From the human T2T-CHM13v2.0 reference genome, Homo sapiens, in assembly GCF_009914755.1 (NCBI RefSeq), contig NC_060929.1: a DNA stretch of 64,000 bases; one strand, written 5' to 3'. The notes under the pieces are model-generated. The model saw only the letters and a list, made by a program, of their open reading frames with translations. It was not told where the DNA came from and made no database searches. Numbering within the stretch: position 1 is the first letter of the stretch; each line of letters starts with the position of its first letter. Below, one piece after another: positions 1 through 10,624 of the stretch. A program made the position numbers and the translations under genes.

Positions 1-218
1 TAGAGTGACAACTCTGTTATAATAAATGTAACACTGAATGGGAAAGAGAGAAAGGAGATTTTTACCCATTTCTGTTTGAAATCAACTTTCTATTTCTAGT
101 AAATTATCACACCATTCTGTTTTAATTTTTATATCTTAAAGTTATCATTCCAGTGTCTTTGGTTTACTGGGTTTATAAAAGAATTGACCAGTAGCTATAT
201 AATAGATATAGAAAAGTC

Positions 219-689
219 TGCCTGGGTGTGGTGGCTCATACTTGTAATAATATTATATTATAATTGTTCTATTTTATTATTAGTTATTGTTGCTAATCTT
301 TTACTGTACCTAATTTATACATTAAGCTTTATCATGGGTATGTATGTATAGGAAAAAATGCAGTATATATAGAATTCAGTATTATCCTTGGTTTCGGACA
401 TTCAGCAGGGGTCCGAAGGTGGGCGAGGTGAGCCCACTTTGGGAGGCCAAAGTGGGCAGATTGCTTGATCCCAGGAGTTCAGGACCAGTCTGGGCAACAT
501 GGTGAAATGCTGTCCTTACAAAAAATACAAAAATTATCTGGGCATGATAGTGCATGACTGTAGTCCCAGCTACCCAGGAGCCTGAGGTGGGAGCATCACT
601 GAGCCCGGTGGTTGAAGCTGCAATAAGTTTTGATTATGCTACTGCACTCCAGCGGGACAACTGAGTGAGACCCTGTCTCAAAAAAAAAA
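219..689 (+). mobile_element. AluJ-type element interrupted by a MER44 fragment
   Basis: Alu head at 219-248 and body at 435-689 with A tail; TSD aaaagtc at 212-218 and 686-692. Confidence 0.85.
249..413 (+). mobile_element. MER44 (Tigger7 family) 3' fragment without terminal inverted repeat
   Basis: Resembles the MER44 3' consensus (ttattagttattgttg.taatct.ttactgt.cctaattta...tatgtatgtataggaaaaa). Confidence 0.75.
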
Positions 690-1519
690 GTCACAAATTA
701 AGATAAAGTGTTGATTGATCTGAGAATTTGTGTATTTTTTTCTATTTTGTGCTGAAAAGCTGAAGTTGGCATCAATCAAGGCATATTGTTATATATGGAT
801 CAAACTAAAAAATTTTAAGATCTTTAAGACCATTAATTCAGAGATGCTGTATAAATAGAATCAGTACTAGATTTTTTGTTTCAATTCTATCAGCCAAGTA
901 TAACATGCTTTTCTTGCTTGTGATAGAAAAAAAGAGAGAAAAAACACAAAAGCAAAATTGAAGAATTTGTAAATCATTTCTAAATAATTTCAATAAAATG
1001 AGCTTTGAAAGGGAAAATTTTTAGATAACATTATCTCATCAAAATGCCTTAAAGTATATTTTAATATTCAGTAAGAACAGTGTATATTAACATGGCTAAT
1101 TTAGAGGATTTATATTTTACCCACATGATAATGTATTATGCCTGTAACTGCTAAAGGAATTATGTAGCAAAATCTGTCAAGGAATACACGAGTGGGATTT
1201 ATATCAGAAAAATCAAAGCCATTTGTAAAGCCCCATTACTTAGGCAGAATATCATAGGTAGGAGGTAGATGTTACTGAAAGAAGAAGTTGGGATATGAAA
1301 TACAAATCTATTTTGCATCATGATTTTGTTAAGTCCGGCTGTTTATTATTAAAAACATGTACAGAAGATTCAATTGAAGTTTCTAAAAGAGAAAGAAACT
1401 TGTAGTTGTGGGAACAATAGTATTCCTTATGAAATACTTAGATATTAATAGCTTGAGACTGATAATACAATTCTTAAGTTAGGGGTTGCATGTGTAGTGG
1501 TCAGATGTTATTTCAGGAT

Positions 1520-2584
1520 CTCAAGAAACAGAGCCATGGTAAAAAGAAGCTTCCTGGAGCTTCTGATAAATTCCGTCACCTTTTTGGGACCCAGTTTCTT
1601 CATCCATACCAACCTCATTAGGGTCCTGTGAGAAGTACATGAGGTGAGATATGTACTGAAATAATATGCCAACTCTTAAGTGCCAAGACATTAGGATGCA
1701 AGGGGGGGTGCCCAAAAAGTCAACAATTACTTGATACTCTAGATATATGTATGGATAATTTTGAGAAGTAATCCTTCTTACACAGAGGTGTAGGTTTGTT
1801 TGTTCCAAGCAGCAAACATAATGGGTATAGGAAAGAGAAACTGTGGCCTTCATATAGACTGAGCTTAGGAAAACAGTTGGAAAACAGTTCAAATTCAAGG
1901 TACTTCAACAATATCTAGTGTGTTTTTGAAATATATTTTTAAAACCCCTATCCAAATCAATGAATGCTTTGGCTAAAACCTACTTGGGAATGAGGGTGTT
2001 CTTTAGTGCCAAATACTCATCTGATTTTAGTCCATGGCTAAAATCCCAAGAGTTACAGAGGAGAAATAGGGCCAAACAAGGTTTCTATTAAAATAAGAGG
2101 TCCCAAGTGATGAATGGAAACTTGGAACAGGTTTAATGGCAACTATAAGCCAGAAATTAGCTGAAATACACACTAATGAATTTGGGGCATATCTTGAGTT
2201 TCAGATAGAAAATTGGTACTAAGTTTAGTGAATTAGAAACATAGCTTAACCTAGGCAGTTGCAATTCTTGTTCCAAAAATGCTCAATTTGCTGCTGGACT
2301 GCATGGACACTTGCTACCTCCTTGTTTTGAGTCATTAACAAAATGTTGAATGGGATATCTGGAGTATCAAGTAATTGTTGACTTTTTGGTCACCCAACCC
2401 CCTTGCATCTTAATGTCTTGGCACTTAAGAGTTGGCATATTATTTCAGTACATATCTAACCTTATGTACTCCTCACAGGACCCTAGTGAGGTTGGTATTG
2501 ATGAAGAAACTGGGTCCCAAAAAGGTGACGGAATTTATCCGAAGCTCCAGGAAGCTTCTTTTTACCATGGCTGTGTTTCTTGAG
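1520..2584. repeat. Local inverted duplication: arms 1520-1746 and 2355-2584, 608-bp spacer
   Basis: Manual alignment gives 10 substitutions and one 3-nt indel over about 227 bp. It explains the near-identical ORFs 1521..1898(-) and 2350..2583(+). Confidence 0.93.
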
Positions 2585-3089
2585 GTTAAAGAACATGATT
2601 TACCAGGCTCTGTTTCTTGAGAGACCAAGAGTGGATCCCTGTAGTCCCCATTAGAATTCTCCTTCTAGTTTGAACTATTCCATTAGTAAACACTTTTTGG
2701 CATGTTATTTAAACAATTACAAAATCACCTAACTACACTGTCTTGCAGCTGCCTTTCTTTTTTTGTCTTGTCCACGTGAGTATATTGGGAGACTTTGTTT
2801 AATGTCTCCACGAATTCTAGATAGACTGTTCCTGCAGCATTTCTTTTTTTAAATTTTGTTTTGATAAGCATTTATTTTGGCAATGATTCTAGTAAATGAA
2901 ACTAAAGTGCCCATATGAAAAACAATCTTAAGTCTATGTGGTTAGTTTGAAGTTACCAGTTTTTAATTAAGCCGGAGTAGTCCTTAGTATGAATGCCTTC
3001 ATTTCTAAGTGCTCATAAACAATCACTTTAGTAATATTACAGTTTTGAAGGAATTTATATCAAGCTTAATGGCACTTTTTAAAAGATAG

Positions 3090-3501
<412 letters not shown>

Positions 3502-5084
3502 TGATCTTGAGGTTCAAGTTTCACTTAACCATTTTCTTCAATGAAAAATAATTTTATAATTTAAAAAACCTCAACCTTTAATATTCTATGATTCTTGTTA
3601 GGCCATCTCAATTGAGAATACTGATAAAGAAGTAAAACTCCCCCCAATACTGGCTAGTTTGATTTTATCTGTTAATATTACGCAATCTGCCCCAAACCTG
3701 TCTCTCCCTTTTTATTGTTACTTATCCAAAGATGGCTTGAATCTCTTATGGCTTGAATCTCTTTGTTTATTCTAAGCAATTTTCAGACACCTCAGCCAAC
3801 TATCAATAATATATTAGTTTTTTAGAACTAAAAATGTAGAGGATCTCCCCCTAAAAGCCAATTGTTAATGCCAAATATTTGACTGATATATTTCTTCTGG
3901 AGGAAGGGAGATGTGAAAAAATTTAGCCATCAAGTTATGTGAAAACTTTTTCATCTTCCCATCCACTGGATGTTTTATCTGTAAATAATGCTATAATCAT
4001 ATTGGAAAGTATTTTCCTTCTGGGGATGCATGAAGATCAGGAATCCTATTCGTTTTTAACAAGATGGAATTTTTAAAAACTACTTTGGACAACTCTAAAC
4101 ATCAGAGATGACCATTTGTCTCTTTTTTATTATATAACTTGTGCTCGGTTTGTAGAGCAACATAAATACATGAATTAAAAAATGAAAACTAGCTCCTTCC
4201 CTATTTGACAGATACTTCTCAACCTCCTCTCCATAAGATATGCTCTATCCCTATATAGGAAATTTTTCTGTAGCAGCTTGAGTTTACTAAAAATAAGATC
4301 TGAAGAAAATGAAGCAATTAACATTTATTGAGAGTCTATAAGGGTTTCTACATTGTGAAGGAGACAGAAATATAAGACATGGCTCCTGCTTTCAGGTTGC
4401 TTATAATTAAAGAGATAATATTAAATTATTTGGATGAATTTAAAAATGACACATGCCATCTTACAGATATGCTGTAGACTGTGAAAATGAAAAAAAAAAC
4501 CTCGTGTTTAGAGTAGACACTGTTTCATGGATTAGGTAGGTTTTCATCTGGACTTTGAAATGTATGTAAGATTTTATAAGGAGGAGAGAAAATAAGAAGC
4601 TGTTTGTATTAGAATTACACAGATAAATTTGTAAATTTAGTTCTTTTCAAAGAACATTAATTGAGCACCTCTGTGCCAAGCTCCCTACTGGATGCTGTAG
4701 ATTACAGCATGTTTAGGAACTAACTTCATACTCTGTTGCTAAAGTATTTCTGTGTTTTCTAAAAAGGTAAATCTCTTGTGAGGAAACAAATCTCTTGAAG
4801 GGGTTCTCATAACAGAAGTCCCATTTACTTCATGATATAAAAAGGGGCTGTTTTCTGGTTTTGTTCTCAAAATGTAGGATATAGTTCTAGACGTAATTGG
4901 GAAAGCTTAACTTTGTTGCATACGCATCTTCCCTATCATGGTTGATTTCCTATATGGCATAGTTAAATGTGTTTATCCGTGTTTGATATCTAAAGGGCCA
5001 TGCTACATATAGACTGCCAACTAAGGTTTTATCTGATGATAATAAATTGTTGTATTTCATGACGACAGCAACAACAACAGTAAT

Positions 5085-5292
5085 GTACTTAACTAGTCAC
5101 TGTGCAAATTGCTTTACATACATTTTCTCATGTAATCATAATAATAACCGTATGAGTTTTGCTTACTATTGTTTTCCTTAATTAAAATGAGTAAAGTGAA
5201 GCTTAGGCTAAGTAACATGTCCATAGCCAAACAGTTAGTCACTGGCAGGAGTGTGACTGACTCCAAAGTCTATATTCCTAATTACTGTGTTC
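5085..5292 (-). mobile_element. MIR
   Basis: Degenerate MIR core (gctttacata...aagtaacatgtcc...tgactccaaagtc). Confidence 0.6.
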
Positions 5293-7539
5293 TACTTTTT
5301 AATAGGGAGCTCTTGAAGGTCCAAGGAAAGGAATGCATAATGGTGTGGTCAAGGCATTAGTGTTAATATTTGTAGAAAGGGTAATTAACAACAGTCTGAG
5401 CAATCACATTCTAACAACTAGTAAGGTTGGCAGGAGCCTCAGTATAATGGTGTGAGGAACGAAATCATTATAGTGCCAAATAGAGTATACCATCTCTTTA
5501 GTACAATGTCTTTCAAAATGAGGCTGATTGTGTTGGCTTTATATTTGACTCCTTAATAATTAAGGCAGTAAATTCTAGCTGGAGCTAAATACCTACAAGG
5601 CCTAAAACAGCATAATGGACAACCTGGCAGGTGTCCTTGCTGGAAGATGACAAGAGTGCTGAAAGGAGAGTCCTGGTTTTTCTCCCAAGACATGACATTT
5701 GGGGGCTTCCATTAAAAAATTACCAAGCCTCTGCCACTGTAATCTCTTCCTTAAGTGCCTATGATTTTTTCACAGTCACAGGTCTATGCCTGGTCAATAC
5801 CCAGTGGCCAGGTCTCTGAGCTGCGTGCAGAGATGGCAGCGACTTGGAGGGCTGGGAGGAGATAAGGGGAGGAAAGATCACTTTTCATGACAACTTACAA
5901 CTTGATTCCACTTATAAGCCATTTATTTTCAGAAACAAGTAATGGGTGAGGACACAGGCCAGGTCCACAATTTGTGCACTTGAGAGATTAAGGCCTCCGA
6001 GATCAAATTACCACAGCAAACTGAGACAGAATTATTGTAGGGATGTTTGGGGAGGATGCAGAGAGAAGAGGAAGAAGCCAGAGACCCAAGAAAGGAGACA
6101 GGAATAGATTTTGATGAAAATTGCTTCCTACTCTGTACCCTTGAGGAAACAAAGAGGACAAATAAGAAGCAGCAGTGATAGGAGGCTGGGCGCTTCTCTG
6201 GAATAACACTGGCTAGGTAGTGGAGCATTGATAGTGAGTGTGCTTGGTTGGTGGAACGAAGGGATGTGCTAGTTCAGGCCTTTGAATTCTGGGTGTCAGG
6301 ATCACAACCTTGGCTCCTTTAACTGTCCGCTCTAGGAGGGAAGCATGCCAAATGTCAGGTCTCACTCTGACTTTGTTCCAGTCCATAGCTAGAAAATGAC
6401 CCATAGAGGAAGATCTACAGATGACAGAATACTGGGAGATGAAGAGAAAGGACGTTTTAGTGAGTGCTTTTTTTGCACATGAGGCAATAGATTTCAAATT
6501 CCTGTGGAAGAAATGTGAGAACCTGGGAAGAGTGAATATTCAGAACTGAGCAGCAGAGGCAATGACACAGCATGGAAAGATTTCCTCTGATCCTTCTACC
6601 TTCTCTTTTACTGAAGTGAATTTGTTGTCTCTGTGTTGCCTCTATAGCAGTACAAGAGGAAACTTGGGGACACAGAAGAACAGAAGTCTAAGGAGTCTTA
6701 TATTTAAGGAAGATAAGCTGCAGTCATTGAAATTGCTGGTTATTGTAAGATAAATCCCAGACTCCCACATTTTGCTTAATGACAGCAGATTTTTTTTTTT
6801 TTTTAACTGCAAAGCATTAATGGAATCCAAATTCCAGCCTGGCTTAGGAGATCAACAGTAACGCTCTTGATTTAATGGTTTTGCAGACTCTTGAAGACAT
6901 TGTCATCCATTAAAGAAAAAATTTTAAATTACTCTTGAAAGAAAATGTCTTGGGTGATAAATGTAAAAGATTTGAAGCAAGATTAGAAAAAGCTTGAGAG
7001 AAGAATCTCTTTAAAAATTTTACCAGATTTTCCCCATTGTCGCCAAAATGGGTCAAATAATAGATTTGCCTACAGCTTCATGGAGACTATTTTTTTAAAC
7101 AGAGCATTTTAAACATTTAAATATTGGTTATTTGCCAAGGCACACACTGAAAATAAGGGCCACTTGGCCGAGAGCAGAATTGAGTCTTGGATCCCAGGAT
7201 GCTGGTTTTAGGCTTGCTCCCGGAAAGAGGGCAGCATTTGCCATCCCCCTCCTTTTGCCCTAGGAGTTGAGCACTTTCTGCAGTACTTAAGAGTGTCCAG
7301 GGAAGATGTGGGAGTCAGGTGAATAGTTCCCATCGCCAGTAACCCCAGAGCGCCTCCCCCTGCGTTGTTTCCTTTTAATGTTAGATCCGCCGCCTGGGTG
7401 CCCATACTTAGCTAAGGCCCCTCAGTTTATTTTCCTGAATTGCGCTTGGAGATCTTTTCCTGGGGAGCTGATAGCCAGACTTCTAGGGGCTTGACTGCTT
7501 TTCCCAGACTAATCTCCTTAAAGACCCGTTAAGCAGGGG

Positions 7540-8900
7540 AGAGACGGTGGAGACTGGATGAACTGGACAGTGGGGGTAGGGAGAAAGGGAGTGGCCGTGT
7601 TCCTGCGGTCCGCTGGGATCCGGCAGGTCCAGGGTGAAGGAGATGGGGCTGGAGAGGCTGAGCAGTCCGGGTTCGCTGTCCGCCACTTCGGCGCGGAATC
7701 AGAGCAGGACTTGCTGAGCCCTCCTACCGCTCCCTTTCCCCCTCCCCCTCTGTCTTCCCTTCTGTTTCCTTTTCCCTCCCCCTGGAGCTGTAGCGGCAGC
7801 AGCAGCAGGAAGCCGAGCCGGGTTGAGCGACTCGGAGGCGAGCGGAGGAGCTGGAATATGGGGAGTCAGCGAGGACGGTGGGGCCAGGAGCCCTTGGGAG
7901 GGCCTACGGAGGGAGCGGCCCCAGGCGCTTTCTAGAGCGTGAGCGGTGGGGGAGCAGGCGCAGGGTGGCACGAGCGGAGGCGGGGCCCGGGCGTGGGGCA
8001 CGGCTGGGGAAGCTGCCGCCTCCGGCCCTGCCCGGCTGCCTCCGCCGCGGCCAGTGGCTATGGAGCAGGCGGGCACCAGACCTGCGGCGACAGAGCATCC
8101 ACGGCTCCGGCGGCCCATGCCCTGGCTGCTGCTACTGCCTCTCCTGCTGCTGTTGCTGCTGCTGCTACCTGGCCCAGCGGCCTCCCAGCTGCGATACTCT
8201 GTGCCAGAGGAGCAGGCACCCGGCGCGCTCGTGGGCAACGTGGCTCGCGCGCTGGGGCTTGAGCTGCGGCGCTTGGGGCCGGGTTGCTTGCGCATCAACC
8301 ATCTGGGTGCGCCCAGTCCGCGCTACCTGGAGCTGGACCTGACGAGTGGAGCGCTCTTCGTCAACGAGCGCATTGATCGGGAGGCGCTGTGTGAGCAGCG
8401 GCCTCGCTGCCTGCTCAGCCTGGAAGTGCTGGCGCACAACCCCGTGGCGGTGAGCGCCGTTGAGGTGGAAATATTGGACATCAACGACAACTCACCGCGT
8501 TTCCCGCGGCCCAACTACCAGCTTCAGGTAAGCGAATCGGTGGCGCCTGGAGCGCGCTTTCACATAGAGAGTGCGCAGGACCCCGACGTGGGCGCCAACT
8601 CAGTACAGACCTACGAGCTCAGCCCCAGCGAGCACTTCGAGCTGGACCTTAAGCCCCTGCAGGAGAACAGTAAAGTGCTTGAGCTGGTGCTGCGTAAGGG
8701 CCTAGACCGGGAGCAGGCAGCCTTGCACCACCTGGTTCTCACAGCCGTGGATGGGGGCATTCCAGCCCGCTCGGGTACGGCACAGATCTCTGTGCGTGTC
8801 CTGGACACTAACGACAACTCTCCTGCCTTTGACCAGTCCACTTATCGCGTCCAGCTACGGGAGGACTCACCCCCAGGCACATTGGTGGTGAAGCTGAATG
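7540..8900 (+). promoter_or_regulatory. CpG island / PCDHAC2 promoter, 5' UTR and 5' part of exon
   Basis: Sharp rise in GC and CpG density against AT-rich flanks, with a pyrimidine-rich tract at 7730-7782 upstream of the leader. Boundaries approximate. Confidence 0.85.
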
Positions 8901-10624
8901 CCTCAGACCCGGATGAGGGCTCCAATGGTGAGCTCAGGTACTCCTTGAGCAGCTACACGTCGGACCGGGAGAGGCAGCTCTTCAGCATAGATGCCAGTAC
9001 CGGGGAAGTGCGAGTAATTGGGGGGCTGGATTATGAGGAAGCCTCCTCCTACCAGATCTATGTGCAGGCGACTGACCGGGGTCCAGTGCCCATGGCAGGT
9101 CACTGCAAGGTGCTGGTGGACATCGTGGACGTGAATGACAATGCCCCAGAGGTGGTGCTCACGGACCTGTATAGCCCAGTGCCTGAGAATGCTACACCCA
9201 ACACCATTGTGGCCGTTCTCAGTGTCAATGACCAAGACTCAGGCCCCAACCGGAAAGTGAGCCTGGGTCTGGAGGCCACACTGCCTTTCCGACTGAATGG
9301 CTTTGGAAACTCCTATACACTGGTGGTGAGCGGCCCACTGGACCGAGAGCGGGTGGCTGTCTACAACATCACGGTGACAGCCACAGATGGGGGAATACCG
9401 CAGCTCACATCCCTGCGTACACTGAAGGTTGAGATCTCTGACATCAATGACAATCCACCAAGCTTCCTGGAGGACTCCTATTCCATCTACATACAGGAGA
9501 ACAATTTGCCAGGTGTGTTGCTCTGTACTGTGCAAGCCACAGACCCAGATGAAAAGGAGAATGCAGAGGTGACCTACTCCCTTCTGGAGAGGGAGATTCA
9601 AGGGCTGCCAGTCACCTCCTATGTCTCCATTAACAGTGCCAGTGGCAGCCTTTATGCTGTCAACTCCTTTGACTATGAGAAGTTTCGGGAGTTCTTTGTG
9701 ACTGTGGAGGCTCAGGACAAGGGGAGCCCACCACTGAGCAGCACTGTGACTGCCAACGTATATGTGGTGGACATGAATGACCATGCCCCTCACATTCTGT
9801 ACCCTACCTCAACCAACTCGTCAGCAGCCTTCGAGATGGTGCCTCGAACTGCCCCTGCTGGCTACCTGGTCACCAAAGTCATAGCTATGGACTCAGACTC
9901 TGGGCAAAATGCTTGGCTTTTTTACCATCTAGCCCAGACTTCTGACCTGGACCTCTTTAAGGTAGAGCTGCACACAGGAGAAATTAGGACTACCAGGAAG
10001 ATGGGAGATGAGAGTGGTAGCACTTTCAACCTGACCGTGGTGGTCCGAGATAATGGAGAGCCATCACTATCAGCCTCTGTGGCCATTACAGTAGCTGTGG
10101 TGGATAGGGTTTCCAAAATCCTCCCTGACACTCAGAGGCATGTTAAGAGCCCTCGGACATACTCTGAAATTACCCTTTATCTAATAATAGCATTAAGCAC
10201 AGTGTCTTTTATATTTCTTTTGACAATCATCATTTTGAGCATCATCAAGTGCTACCGCTACACTGCGTATGGCACTGCATGCTGTGGAGGCTTCTGTGGA
10301 GTAAGGGAAAGGTCCCCTGCAGAACTGTACAAACAAGCCAACAACAATATTGATGCCAGGATACCGCATGGCCTCAAAGTGCAGCCTCACTTCATTGAAG
10401 TTCGAGGGAATGGCTCCCTCACCAAGACCTACTGCTACAAGGCCTGTCTGACAGCAGGCTCAGGGAGTGACACTTTCATGTTTTACAATACAGGGGCCCA
10501 GACAGGACCAGGGCCTTCGGGAGCCCAAGCAGCAGTGACTGACAGCAGGAATCTCACAGGCCAAAGTGGTCAGAATGCTGGGAACCTGATTATTCTCAAA
10601 AATGAGGCTGTTTCTCAAAATGAG
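8060..10624 (+). CDS. PCDHAC2: Protocadherin alpha-C2 variable (first) exon: signal peptide, six cadherin repeats, transmembrane segment, variable cytoplasmic domain (855 aa, phase-0 donor)
   Basis: ORF from gctATGg (MEQAGTRPAA...). Leu-rich signal peptide, repeated DRE/DxNDNxP/AxDxD cadherin Ca-binding motifs, EC1 CxxxxxC motif and a TM segment (LYLIIALSTVSFIFLLTIIILSII). Ends at GAG|GTGAGA and is the last variable exon before the alpha constant exons. Confidence 0.97.

Noticed and set aside
1521-2620. Pair of near-identical ORFs (1521..1898 - and 2350..2583 +) suggesting a small duplicated gene
   Set aside because: The similarity follows from the DNA inverted duplication. I recognise no protein family, promoter or splice structure, and the arms are partly MIR-like.
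7946-8059. 38-aa N-terminal extension of PCDHAC2 in the ORF track
   Set aside because: It starts at a GTG just after an in-frame TGA (7940-7942). The first ATG (8060) has strong Kozak context and precedes the signal peptide.
7483-10390. Many antisense and alternate-frame ORFs over the CpG island and exon
   Set aside because: Expected shadows of GC-rich coding sequence with few stop codons.
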